Assembly (NCBI GenBank): GCA_021298725.1
Contig: JAJTDU010000013.1
Coordinates: 2,170 to 66,169 of the forward strand
Reading direction: 5' to 3'
Source of the DNA: Verrucomicrobiaceae bacterium
Lineage (GTDB): Bacteria > Verrucomicrobiota > Verrucomicrobiia > Verrucomicrobiales > Verrucomicrobiaceae
DNA length: 64,000 nucleotides
A program made the translations under genes and the position numbers. This document shows positions 10,347 through 20,576 of the stretch, one piece after another. Below the pieces are notes generated by a model. That model saw only the letters and a list, made by a program, of their open reading frames with translations. It did no database searches and was not told where the DNA came from. Each line of letters starts with the position of its first letter. Position 1 is the first letter of the stretch.

Positions 10347-11387
10347 TCAGGAGACGACCTTTGGGTTTAACCAAGAAACCGTTCGCCGCACGGCGGCATC
10401 TAAAAGGATATGTGAATGCAAACCAAGCTCTGTCTCAGCCAGTGTGGTGTCTGGAACGTATCGCATGGTTGCATCACCTCTGGCAGCTTGAGCAATGTTA
10501 ATGGGAATGCTGCCACCTATGGCCGCTGAGACGACGTGGGCTGTGTCAGCGATCGAGAGAGAGTGGTGTGAACCTACATTGTAAGCATGACTTTTTTGCC
10601 CGCGAAATAGCAGGGTCCAGAGCCAAATGGCGAGGTCCGCAGCATAGAGATAAGATCGGTGTGGGGTGCCATCGCCCTGGATGTGAATGGGACCACCTCG
10701 TAATGCGTCTCGGATGAAGTTACCGACGGCAAAATGGGAGTCCAATGGCAGATGCGGTCCCACAAAAGCGAAACAGCGGGCAATTTTGACTTCATAGCCA
10801 TTTTGCAGTGAATTGAGGCAGCAGAGCATTTCTGCGGCTTGTTTTCCACGGGCATAGGCTGCACCAGGTTGGAGAGAATCGACGGCCCCGAGGTAGCTTT
10901 CCGGGACATGAGTCAATTCGGACGGTTGCCCGCCATAGACAGCACCGGAGCTGACATAAAGGAATTTCTGCGCTTTGCAATTCACAGCAAAATCCACCAC
11001 TCGACGTGTACCCTGGACGATGGTGTCGAACATTTCATACGGTTCCACTGGGGTACTGGAGGTCGTTCCTGCATGAATGATGAAGAGGTATTCACCTTCG
11101 GGGAAAGAGAAGTCTCTAATGTCTCCACGAATGAAGTTCAAAAAGGTACAAGAGGCGAGGTGCGGCGCCTTAGCTTTGAAGGCCTCAGGATCGCGTGTGA
11201 GAACCGTGGCACTTGCCTCCAAAGACAGGCGTTCATTGATGTAAGCAAACGTTTCCAACAACCAACGGCCAAAAAAACCGGTTCCACCTGTGATGAAAAT
11301 TTGCTGCCCCCTCGCTTCTTCCCAGATGTTACGCGTGTGAGTGAGAACGTGTTCGAGGTCTTCGATTGGCAGCTTCAGAGCGGTCAT
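10347..11387 (-). CDS. NAD-dependent epimerase/dehydratase/reductase (extended SDR)
   Basis: ITGGTGFFG Rossmann motif, SSGAVYG, YARGK (YxxxK). Confidence 0.88.
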   Translation of the reverse strand: MTALKLPIEDLEHVLTHTRNIWEEARGQQIFITGGTGFFGRWLLETFAYINERLSLEASATVLTRDPEAFKAKAPHLASCTFLNFIRGDIRDFSFPEGEYLFIIHAGTTSSTPVEPYEMFDTIVQGTRRVVDFAVNCKAQKFLYVSSGAVYGGQPSELTHVPESYLGAVDSLQPGAAYARGKQAAEMLCCLNSLQNGYEVKIARCFAFVGPHLPLDSHFAVGNFIRDALRGGPIHIQGDGTPHRSYLYAADLAIWLWTLLFRGQKSHAYNVGSHHSLSIADTAHVVSAAIGGSIPINIAQAARGDATMRYVPDTTLAETELGLHSHILLDAAVRRTVSWLNPKVVS

Positions 11388-11389
11388 AG

Positions 11390-12812
11390 TTAATGAGCAC
11401 GAACAAATTGACGAATGATCTGGATTTCATAGTCGAGCATGGCCTTGGAGAGGCCTGGATAGGTGCCGAGAAAGAGTGCGGTGTTCATGATCTCATCTGC
11501 CCCGGTGAGAGGCGCGGCGGAACGAATTGCTTGCGGGCGGTCTTTTTTTAGCTGAACGAAAGCGGGCTGTCGCAGAAGGTTGCCACCGAAGAGCATACGG
11601 TTGCCGATTTTTTTCTCATCCAGATGACGTCCGAGGCTGGTGTGATTGAACGGGGCCGATGACCGCACACGAAGCATGAAGCCGAACCAGGAGCAGTCCA
11701 CACGGCAATTGGTACTGTCCCAACTGAATCCTGCGGGAGTCCAGCCGGTTGCGTGCGTGGGAAGGGAGAATTCGATGAATTCTTCCAAGTCCGCGAGGCC
11801 GGCTCGGAGGTAATCCCAGTTATCTTTGCGGGCTTTAATGAAGGCGGGAAGTTTTTTGAGCTGTTGGCGGCCGATGGCTGCCTGGGGGTCGAGCGGCTTT
11901 ACATTGTAGCCGAGGTGGCTGTAGATGTATTTGTGGTCGTAGCCTTCAGGAAGCTCCCCGAGCTGCCACTGGAAGCGTTTGTTGCATGTGTTGTCCTGGC
12001 CGCTGGCACACCAGCAGTCGCGACCCCAGTCGCGGAAGCTCTCGGCATAGCTTTTGAGTGGTGGGCGATGGATGATGTTGACGGCCCCTCCCTCACCCAT
12101 GGTGAGGTGGTGCGGAGGATAAAATGACTGGGTAGAAATGTCTCCCCAAGTGCCGGTGTAGCGTGTAATGTGGGTCCCATCAGCGGCGATGCCGGGTGAG
12201 TTTTCTTTGAAACCCAGTGCTGCAGCGCGAGCGATGGGCATGGAGTAGGTGCAGCCAAGGGCGTCGCAGTTGTCTTCGATAAGCCAAAGGTCATGTGCAC
12301 GGCAAAATTCGAGCACGGCTCCCAGGTCAAAGGGATTGCCCAGGGTGTGGGCCATCATGACGGCTTTGGTTTTGCCTGCAACGAAGGCCGCTTCGAGCTG
12401 GTCGATTCGGGCGTTACCAGTGCACGGATCATTGTCGATGAACACGGGCACCATGCCCGATTGAATGATGGGGGCGACGGTTGTTGGAAATCCGGCTGCC
12501 ACAGTGATGACCTCGTCGCCCGGCTGGATGCGTTTGTGCGGCGGCAGTTTGTGCGTGGTGAGAGCAGCGAAGGCGACCAGATTGGCAGATGAGCCGGAAT
12601 TGACGAGCAGGGAGTGTTTGACGCCGAGGAAACCGGCAAGTTCTTTCTCAAAGGCCGCCCCCTCCGGACCAAGAATAGGGCACTGTGGTCTCTCCGGGGA
12701 TGAAGGGGGCAGAGTTTTCGACACCCGGACGGTTGGCCGTATGCATGAGTGCAGAGTACTCGCGTGTAAGCCGGAGGATTTCTTGTTTGAGATCGAAGGG
12801 AGAACGTTTCAC
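11390..12812 (-). pseudogene. rfbH: CDP-4-keto-6-deoxyglucose 3-dehydrase (RfbH/DdhC), frameshifted near 12674
   Basis: N-terminal part (GTG 12812, LKQEILRLTREY...PGETTVPY) and main part (LGPEGAAFEKEL...SFYPPHHLTMGEGG...CWCASGQDNTC) lie in different frames. The usual AGRVF...DFWLT segment is absent. Confidence 0.85.
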
Positions 12813-12823
12813 GAAAAAATGAG

Positions 12824-13936
12824 TTAAGTGGCCCAAGGCAGGCGCGCGGCAGAGGCGGCAGCCGTGAATTCTGTGATTTGTTGTGCCGTCAGACCGGGGG
12901 CAGCTGCGGGATTAAGATGTTTCTGGTGATACCACTCTACGGTGCGAGCGACGGTCTGCTCAAAATTCCAAACAGGCTGCCAACGGAGCAGGTGTCTGGC
13001 CTTGTCTGTGGCGAGATTGAGCAAGGTAGCTTCATGAACGGCATGCGGATCAGACTTGTCTTCCCAGGTGCCGGGCCAATGTTTGAGGGCTTCGTTGACG
13101 ACGTCTGCGACACTGCGGTTGGAACTGAGCGAGGGGCCAAAATTAAAGGCGCTGCAAAGCTGATTGAGCTCAGGAGCTTTCTTTTCAGCGGCCTGATGAA
13201 TCGAGGCGGCGAGGTGCAGGTAGCCGCTGAGGGGCTCCAGCACGTGCTGCCATGGGCGTGTGGCCACTTTGTTGCGCACGGCGATAGATTCCCCCCTTGC
13301 GAGAGCACGAATGCAGTCAGGCATGATGCGATCCAGCGCCCAATCTCCACCGCCAATCACATTGCCAGCGCGTGCGGAAGCGAGGTGGACAACAGGGTTC
13401 GCACCCGAAAAAAACGACCGGCGATACGAGCTGATGGCGATCTCGACAGCACCTTTGGATGCGCTGTAGGGGTCATGCCCGCCAAGTGCATCCACCTCCC
13501 GGTAACTATGCACCCACTCGCGATTGTCATAGCACTTGTCCGTCGAGACGCACAGCAAGGTGCATGGCCGGGCGGCCATTCGAACGGCCTCCATGACATG
13601 CACTGTGCCCATCACATTGGTGGCGAACGTGTCCACCGGCTGTGCATATGAAAGCCGAACGAGTGGCTGTGCAGCGAGGTGGATGACAAAATGTGGCTGT
13701 GTTTTTTCGACCAAGCGGCACAGGAGACCGAGATCACGAATGTCGCCGATGTGATGATTGAGACGACTGGTGAGTTTAAGTTCATCAAAGATCGCAGGCT
13801 GAGTATTGGACTCCAACGCGAGGCCTGTCACCTCAGCACCTAAAGAGAGCAGCCATTCAGCGAGCCAGCTGCCTTTAAAGCCAGTATGGCCTGTGAGCAG
13901 TACACGCTTGCCGAGATAGGTGTCAGCGAAATGCAT
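12824..13936 (-). CDS. rfbG: CDP-glucose 4,6-dehydratase
   Basis: LTGHTGFKGSWL, HLAAQPLVRLSY, STDKCY, DPYSASK, RAGNVIGGGDW. Confidence 0.95.
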   Translation of the reverse strand: MHFADTYLGKRVLLTGHTGFKGSWLAEWLLSLGAEVTGLALESNTQPAIFDELKLTSRLNHHIGDIRDLGLLCRLVEKTQPHFVIHLAAQPLVRLSYAQPVDTFATNVMGTVHVMEAVRMAARPCTLLCVSTDKCYDNREWVHSYREVDALGGHDPYSASKGAVEIAISSYRRSFFSGANPVVHLASARAGNVIGGGDWALDRIMPDCIRALARGESIAVRNKVATRPWQHVLEPLSGYLHLAASIHQAAEKKAPELNQLCSAFNFGPSLSSNRSVADVVNEALKHWPGTWEDKSDPHAVHEATLLNLATDKARHLLRWQPVWNFEQTVARTVEWYHQKHLNPAAAPGLTAQQITEFTAAASAARLPWAT

Positions 13937-13941
13937 AAGGA

Positions 13942-14724
13942 CTACCAGATTTTCCAAGGCGCCTTGCCTTGCGCCCATACTTTGTTGAGGTGCTGCATCT
14001 CCTGGTAGGTGTCCATCGGCTGCCAGAAGTCTTCATGGCGAAAGGCATTGAGCTGACCGTCACGGACAAGGTCATCGATGGGCTTGCGCTCGAGCATGAC
14101 CTCAGGGTCATCGCTGAGGTAGTCGAACATCTGGTGATTGCACACCATATATCCCCCATTGACATAAGCCTCCTCAGACTGCGGCTTTTCGTTGAACATG
14201 TGAACGGTATTATCATCCTCGATGCGCAGAGAACCGAAGCGTCCGGCGGGGTGCACTGCGGTGAGAGTGCAAACCTTGCCGGAGGCATGATGCGCAGCAA
14301 TGGAGGCGTTAATGTCTATGTTGGAAACGCCATCTCCATAAGTGAGCAAAAACGGCTCGCCATGCGGAATGTAACGCTGGACGCGCTTCACACGAGCTGA
14401 GGTCATCGTGTGTTCACCGGTTTCAGCCAGTGTCACGGACCAGTCATTTTCATCATTTTTATCATGAAATTGCAGCGCATCATTCTTCCCGAGGTAAAGC
14501 GTCACGTCGGAGGTGTTCCAAAGATAGTTGCGAAAGTACTCCTTAATGCACTCACCCTTGTAGCCCAGGCAGATGATGAATTCCTTGTGCCCGTAGTTAG
14601 CGTAGAACTTCATGATATGCCACAGGATGGGCTGGCCGCCAATCGGGACCATCGGCTTCGGACGGAACTCGGTTTCCTCACGAAGACGGGTGCCTTTACC
14701 ACCACATAAGATAACAACTTTCAT
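13942..14724 (-). CDS. rfbF: Glucose-1-phosphate cytidylyltransferase
   Basis: MKVVILCGGKGTRLREETEFRPKPMV, LTYGDGV, FWQPMDT, C-terminal APWKIW. Confidence 0.95.
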   Translation of the reverse strand: MKVVILCGGKGTRLREETEFRPKPMVPIGGQPILWHIMKFYANYGHKEFIICLGYKGECIKEYFRNYLWNTSDVTLYLGKNDALQFHDKNDENDWSVTLAETGEHTMTSARVKRVQRYIPHGEPFLLTYGDGVSNIDINASIAAHHASGKVCTLTAVHPAGRFGSLRIEDDNTVHMFNEKPQSEEAYVNGGYMVCNHQMFDYLSDDPEVMLERKPIDDLVRDGQLNAFRHEDFWQPMDTYQEMQHLNKVWAQGKAPWKIW

Positions 14725-15325
14725 ATTTTAAACTTTTCGATTAGTCTAATACATCATGCACTCTTCTGAATAATTAGGCCGATGTTGGAGTATGTTTTAT
14801 CTATTTAAAATGGCTCTTTATTTTGGGGTCAACCCTTTACTGTTTGCCACTTCATTCTAATGCGATCAAATGTTTTTGGATGGCTGTTGGGAGAGCATTT
14901 TGAGGCACTTTGTAACCTCCGGAGGGTTTTGGATCGGGTTCAATGGAACTTGGTTGTGGGTGGAGTATAAATCATCAGGTGCATAGCTCAGCATATATCG
15001 CCATTGCCGCATATGTGGCTTATTGCAATACTTTTTTTGCACTCTATCAGTTTGTGCATGTCATTTAACCAATGAGACTCCTGGAGTTCTACTCTTAGTC
15101 CCCCCCGAGGGGGGCCTTATTCTGCTTGGCAATCAGTGCTGCTATTCATAAATGCGGAGTGGCAGATCTCAGGATCCGGGTTGCACTGCAGATATTCAAA
15201 GAGATGCCTCAAGGCAATTTCAACACGCTCGTAGGCGCTGGGTGTAATCCCATCCGTTTTTTGTGTTAGCGGGCATCATCATTTTTTATTTTAAAAATCC
15301 GCAATTTATTGTATGAATAAAAACA

Positions 15326-15760
15326 ATGATCTCGCCCGCCGCCTTTGCCACGCTTCTGGATGATTTGATCCGGGACGCGGGTCTCAAGGGCGTGGAAGTG
15401 GCTGCCGCCACCGGCCTGCGCCCCACCTCCATCTCCGGCTGGCGCCGCGGCCGGGATCTGCCGGATACCTCCAGCATGCGCAGCCTCCTGGAGACGCTGC
15501 GCGGCCGCCTGCCTGCCAGCTCCCTGCGCCTGCTGCTGCGTGCCTGGATGGAGCTGCGCTTCGGCGATACCGCCGCCCTGGCCTGGGAGGAGGACTCATC
15601 AAGCACTCTGCCGGGGGAATCCGCGCCACCGGCCATAGAGCAGCTGCTCTGGCGCTGGAGTCCTGCCCAGTTGGAGGGCCTGGAGCACCTCCTCAAGCAG
15701 GCGGAGCTCCACCTGCCGGTGCGGGAGGCTCTGCTGGCCTTTTCCCGCTGCATGGCCTGA
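15326..15760 (+). CDS. XRE-family helix-turn-helix protein
   Basis: GLKGVEVAAATGLRPTSISGWRRGRDLP is a typical HTH_3 pattern. Divergent from the rfb operon. Confidence 0.7.
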   Translation: MISPAAFATLLDDLIRDAGLKGVEVAAATGLRPTSISGWRRGRDLPDTSSMRSLLETLRGRLPASSLRLLLRAWMELRFGDTAALAWEEDSSSTLPGESAPPAIEQLLWRWSPAQLEGLEHLLKQAELHLPVREALLAFSRCMA

Positions 15761-15904
15761 GCCGGGCACGACTGGAACGTCAAGGCCACTGCTTCGCTGC
15801 ACGTAGCAGCCGCTCACGCGGTCTGAAGCACGCCTTTTTATGCAGAAGCGCCCAGGGTCAAAGCAAGAGACAGGTCGCGATGAGGCCCCATAGCGAACTT
15901 GATT

Positions 15905-18900
15905 TCAATTCCCCGCCACACTCGGCTCCGCCCGTCGATTGAGGAACTGGCGGCTTTTCACGATCTCGAGCACAGCAGCGGAGAAATGGCCGTTTTGAGC
16001 CTTCAGTGAGGACTGCATCTGTTGGAGGAGCTTTTTGTCGCTGGGCAGAGTTTGGCGTCCCAAAGCGTAGCCGAGGAGTTTGCGGGTGAATTGGGTGAGG
16101 AATTGGGGCTCGTTCTTTTTGAGGTAGTCGCGGAGGCCGGGGAGGCCGGTGAATTGGGTGCCGTCCATCATTTCGCCGGTGTCGTCGATTTTGCCGCCTG
16201 CTTCATCGGTGGGCCGGAAGCGGCCGATGGGGTCGTAGCTCTCCAAAGCGAAGCCGAGCGGGTCGATGCGCTCGTGGCAGACGGCGCAGGCGGAGTCGGC
16301 ACGGTGTTGCATGAGGGCCTCGCGCAGGGAGTAGGGTTTGCTGGTTTCTTTGAGCTCGGGGACGTTCGGCGGCGGGGGCGGGCTGCTGAAGCCGAGGACG
16401 ACCTGATAAAGGTAGTCGCCACGCAGGACGGGGCTCGTGCGATGCGGGCGGGAGGTCTTCGTCAAGATCGCGCCCATGCCGAGGAGGCCGCCGCGATGAT
16501 GCTGGCCGACTTTGACCTCGCGGAACTCGTTCCCGACAATGCCTGGCACGCCGTAGTGCCAGCCGAGGCGCTCATTCATGAAGGTGTAGTCGCCGCTGAT
16601 GATGTCGGAGACGTTGCGGTCATCGCGCACGAGATGGGTGAAGAACTCCACGACCTCGCGCTGCATGTCGTTGCGCAGTTCGGCGGTGAACTGCGGGAAC
16701 TTCTTTTCATCGACGGTGCTCTTTTCGTCGAAGCCGTTGAACTTCAACCACTGGCCGGCGAACTCTTTGGCGAGTGCGGTTGCCTTTGAATCGCGCAGCA
16801 TGCGCTGGGTGTGTGCGGCGAGCACTTCGGGTTTCATGAGGCTGCCGTCATCGGCGGCTTTGCGGAGCTGCCAGTCAGGCGTGGAAGCCCATAGGAAGTA
16901 GCTGAGGCGTGAGGCGAGCTCGTGGGCATTCAGCGGCACCTCGGTGGTCTTGGCATCGGCGATGGGCGGCAGCGTCTCGGCTTTGAAGAGGAAATTCGGC
17001 GAGACGAGGATGAAGACGAGGACCTCACGTGCAGCGGATTCGCGGTCGAGGTCCTTCGCGCGGCTAGCGAAGTAGAGGGCGTCGAGTTTTTTGGTTTCGG
17101 CGGCGGTGATGGGCCTGCGCCAGGCTTTGCGGGCAAGCTGATGCAGATGCCAGAGCAAGGCGCCGTCGTATTCCTGCTGCTGTGGCTTGTTGAGGTTCGG
17201 CGTGGCGTTGTAGCCCCAGTCTTTCTTCATCGCGACGAGCATGTCCTTGTCCTGCTGACCGAGGAGCTGGCCGAGTTGATCATCGCTGAAGTAATAGACG
17301 GTGATGTTCGGCTTGCCGCCGCGGTAGAGGTTGTTCGCGACCTCTTCGAGGCGGCGCTCAAACATGTCCGGGAACGCGGCTTTCATCTTGTTGAAGTCGT
17401 TCATCGTCTCGCCGGAGGCCTTGGTGCCGCGTTTCCAGATGGTAACCACGCCGGGGATGATCTTCGTCACGTCACGCGGCTTGTCGGTGCTGAGCGTCCA
17501 CTGGATGGTGGCAGCTTCGACCTCGGGGTTTTCCATGTCGAGGCGTGTGTCCACTTTGAGCCAGTGCGCACCTTCCGGCAGCGGCAGGGTGAAAACAGTG
17601 GGCGCGGCAAAGGCGAGCACGTGCGGCTCGATCCTGCGACCCGGCTGCGGATGTTTGCCATACACACCGCGCATTTTTTCCAGCTCGGTAATCCGGGCCC
17701 TCAGCGCATCGAGATTCGGCGGCGGCGGATTTGCAGCGGCCTGCTTCTTTTTTTCGGCGAGCGTTTTGTCGAGCCAGTGGAAGTAGTTGAGCTTCTGTTT
17801 GCCGACGCTGACCTCGATGTAAGTCACGAGCGCGATGTCGCCTTTGTTGCCATCGCCGATGTCACCAAAGCAAAGATGGACGTGCGTTTTGCCGTTCACG
17901 GAGGTCTGCATCGGGTAGGGGCGGATGCCGTCGCTGTCCTGCTGCTGGCGCTGGGAGCCGCTGCCGGGGCGTTTGGGATTGTTCCAGGAGAGTCTATCCG
18001 CCTCGATGGCCTTGATGCGCTCATGCGCGGTTTTTTCATCGGCGGGCAACTCACGCCAAGCCAAGCGGGTGAGATCGAGAAAGCGGCTTTTCGGCTCCAC
18101 GCTGTTCACGTGGTTCCACCAATTGCTCAGAAAGTGAATGCTGAGCTTCATGTCCTTCGCGAGTTGATCGAGCGGCGTCTTAGCGTGCTTGTGCTGCCAA
18201 CAAGCCAGCATGTAATCGGCCTCGCGCATGTCTTCGTCGTCCTTCGGCAGATGCGGCGCGGCTTTCTGCTGATACCACACATAGAGTCCCTGTTGCGCCT
18301 GAGCTTTCACCTGCTCCGGCCCGCGCAGGCCGATGCGGTTCGGATGAAACACGATGCCGGTGCCTGGCATGATCGTGGCGTAGTCGGCGAGTTTGCGTGC
18401 GGCGGCGAAATACTTGTCGATGGCCGCTGGGCTCATGAAAAGCACGTCGCCGGTGTTCGTGAAGCCCTCACCGCCACCGCCATCGGTTTGGAATTCTTTG
18501 GCGAGTGAATAATCGCGACTCGTGAGGTCGCGGATCGTGTAGTCATACTCGGCGTTCGTGAGGCGACGCATGGTCACGGGGCCTGGATCGCCGGATTTGG
18601 CCTCCGCGAGCAGATCGAGCGACTGCTGCACCCAGCCGGTGATGCCGGCTTTTTCCTCCGACGAGAGCTGCTTGGCCTTTCGCGGCGGCATGTCGCCGTT
18701 GTCGATGGTGTCTTTGACTTTAGTCCAGATTTCAAATTCCGCCGCGAGCTTCGGATCGGCCGCGAATCGCTTCAAATCGACATCGCCCTTCATTTTGTCC
18801 GCGTTGTGGCACTCGTAGCATTTGGCCGCGAGGAAGGACTCCACCTGCTTCCAATTGGGAGCAGCGGATAGGCTGGAAGCGGCGACGACAAGGCCGACCA

Positions 18901-18928
18901 AGGCAAGTTGGCGAGGATTCAGAGGCAT
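15905..18928 (-). CDS. DUF1592/DUF1588/DUF1587/DUF1595/DUF1585 cytochrome c domain protein
   Basis: Signal peptide, CYECH, RRLTNAEYDYTIRDL, ELASRLSYFLWASTPD, RTSPVLRG, CAVCHERIDPLGFALE. Confidence 0.92.
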   Translation of the reverse strand: MPLNPRQLALVGLVVAASSLSAAPNWKQVESFLAAKCYECHNADKMKGDVDLKRFAADPKLAAEFEIWTKVKDTIDNGDMPPRKAKQLSSEEKAGITGWVQQSLDLLAEAKSGDPGPVTMRRLTNAEYDYTIRDLTSRDYSLAKEFQTDGGGGEGFTNTGDVLFMSPAAIDKYFAAARKLADYATIMPGTGIVFHPNRIGLRGPEQVKAQAQQGLYVWYQQKAAPHLPKDDEDMREADYMLACWQHKHAKTPLDQLAKDMKLSIHFLSNWWNHVNSVEPKSRFLDLTRLAWRELPADEKTAHERIKAIEADRLSWNNPKRPGSGSQRQQQDSDGIRPYPMQTSVNGKTHVHLCFGDIGDGNKGDIALVTYIEVSVGKQKLNYFHWLDKTLAEKKKQAAANPPPPNLDALRARITELEKMRGVYGKHPQPGRRIEPHVLAFAAPTVFTLPLPEGAHWLKVDTRLDMENPEVEAATIQWTLSTDKPRDVTKIIPGVVTIWKRGTKASGETMNDFNKMKAAFPDMFERRLEEVANNLYRGGKPNITVYYFSDDQLGQLLGQQDKDMLVAMKKDWGYNATPNLNKPQQQEYDGALLWHLHQLARKAWRRPITAAETKKLDALYFASRAKDLDRESAAREVLVFILVSPNFLFKAETLPPIADAKTTEVPLNAHELASRLSYFLWASTPDWQLRKAADDGSLMKPEVLAAHTQRMLRDSKATALAKEFAGQWLKFNGFDEKSTVDEKKFPQFTAELRNDMQREVVEFFTHLVRDDRNVSDIISGDYTFMNERLGWHYGVPGIVGNEFREVKVGQHHRGGLLGMGAILTKTSRPHRTSPVLRGDYLYQVVLGFSSPPPPPNVPELKETSKPYSLREALMQHRADSACAVCHERIDPLGFALESYDPIGRFRPTDEAGGKIDDTGEMMDGTQFTGLPGLRDYLKKNEPQFLTQFTRKLLGYALGRQTLPSDKKLLQQMQSSLKAQNGHFSAAVLEIVKSRQFLNRRAEPSVAGN

Positions 18929-19066
18929 TTTCGGGGTTTGGGGCGCGCAGACTACACCCGCGTGACAATACTTCCATCAGCAGCTTGCGCTCCGATTTTG
19001 CGCTTTCTTGTGTCTGGAAAGATGCGAAAGCAGATCACCTAAAAAAGCGTATCTAACGCACCCCCA

Positions 19067-20509
19067 ATGAACTCCCCCATCTCACATCATGCTCCGAATC
19101 TGGAGCATGCGTTTTTGACGCGTCGCGAACTGCTGCAGCGTGTCGGCATGGGCTTCGGCACCGTGGCGGCAGGTTCGTTGTTCAATCAGCAAGCTGCCGC
19201 GGCCACGCTGGACCCGATGGCGCTGAAGCGTCCGCATTTTGAGCCCAAGGCGAAGCGGGTGGTGCATTTCTTCATGAACGGCGGCCCCTCGCACGTCGAT
19301 ACGTTCGATCCGAAGCCGATGCTGGACAAATACGACGGCAAGCCGCTGCCGAATGTGCTCAAAACGGAGCGTCCGACAGGTGCAGGCTTTAAATCGCCCT
19401 TCAAGTTCACCAAACGCGGCGAGTGCGGCCTGGAGGTGAGCGAGATCTTTGAAAAAACGGGCGCGTTTGCCGATGATCTGTGCGTGATCCGCTCCATGCA
19501 CGCCGACGTGCCGAATCACGAGCCTTCACTGGGCCTGATGAACAGTGGCGAAAGCCGCCTGAACCGTCCGACGATGGGTTCTTGGGTCACTTACGGTCTC
19601 GGCAGCGAAAATCAGAATCTGCCGGGCTACATCGCGATGTGCCCAGGTGGCATGCCGACGCGACGGACAAAGAACTGGCAGTCCGCCTTCCTACCGAGCG
19701 CCTATCAGGGCGCGTACATCAACACCGAGGATACGCGGGTCGAAAAACTCGTCGAGTTCATCAAAAACGGCGCGCTGGACCTCAAGCAGCAGCGCCGCCA
19801 GCTCGACCTGCTACAGGAATTGAATCAAAAACATCTGGTGCAGCAGGATCGTGACCAGCAGCTCGAAGCCCGGGTGCAAAGCTACGAGCTCGCTTACCGC
19901 ATGCAGATGGAGGCCACGGACGCTTTTGACATTATGAAGGAGCCGGAATCGGTGCGGAAGATGTATGGCGACCACGCCTTTGGCCGCCAGTGCCTCATCG
20001 CCCGGCGTTTGCTGGAGCGCGGGGTCCGTTTCATCCAGCTCTGGACCGGCGCGGGCCAGCCATGGGACAATCATGACGAAATTCTGGAGCACCGGAAGCT
20101 CGGTCAGCAGACGGACGGTGCCATCGCGGCGTTCATGAGTGATTTGAAGCAGCGCGGCCTGTGGGACGAGACGCTGATGATGTGGGGCGGTGAGTTTGGC
20201 CGCACACCTGCGGTGGAACTGCCGACGCCAGGAGCCAATGCCGGGAAACAGCACGGTCGCGACCACAATCACTATGGATTCACGATGTGGCTGGCAGGCG
20301 GCGGGGTGCGCGGCGGCTACACGCATGGTGCTACGGACGAGTTCGGCTTCCAGGCCACGGAAAACCCCGTGCATGTGCATGACCTGCATGCCACCATTTT
20401 GAAAATCCTTGGCTTTGACCACGAAAAGTTCACTTACCGTTACGCGGGCCTCGACTTCCGCCTCACAGGCGTGAACGAGTGCAAAGTGGTGCGGGAACTG
20501 CTGGCCTGA
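19067..20509 (+). CDS. DUF1501 domain protein (Tat-exported, sulfatase-like)
   Basis: TRRELL Tat motif, FMNGGPSHVDTFDPKP, GEFGRTP, GRDHN, VHDLHATIL. Confidence 0.92.
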   Translation: MNSPISHHAPNLEHAFLTRRELLQRVGMGFGTVAAGSLFNQQAAAATLDPMALKRPHFEPKAKRVVHFFMNGGPSHVDTFDPKPMLDKYDGKPLPNVLKTERPTGAGFKSPFKFTKRGECGLEVSEIFEKTGAFADDLCVIRSMHADVPNHEPSLGLMNSGESRLNRPTMGSWVTYGLGSENQNLPGYIAMCPGGMPTRRTKNWQSAFLPSAYQGAYINTEDTRVEKLVEFIKNGALDLKQQRRQLDLLQELNQKHLVQQDRDQQLEARVQSYELAYRMQMEATDAFDIMKEPESVRKMYGDHAFGRQCLIARRLLERGVRFIQLWTGAGQPWDNHDEILEHRKLGQQTDGAIAAFMSDLKQRGLWDETLMMWGGEFGRTPAVELPTPGANAGKQHGRDHNHYGFTMWLAGGGVRGGYTHGATDEFGFQATENPVHVHDLHATILKILGFDHEKFTYRYAGLDFRLTGVNECKVVRELLA

Positions 20510-20539
20510 GTCTGGAAGAAAGCACGCCAACCAGCCCGC

Positions 20540-20567
20540 TTGCAAGGCGGGCGCTCACGTTTACAGT
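20540..20567 (+). promoter_or_regulatory. Putative sigma70 promoter for exbB operon
   Basis: TTGCAA-16 nt-TACAGT, ending 9 nt before ATG 20577. Confidence 0.5.
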
Positions 20568-20576
20568 CGCGCCCTC

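Noticed and set aside
12648-12836. Programmed ribosomal frameshift in rfbH
   Set aside because: No slippery sequence at the junction and a conserved segment is missing, so a deletion explains it better.
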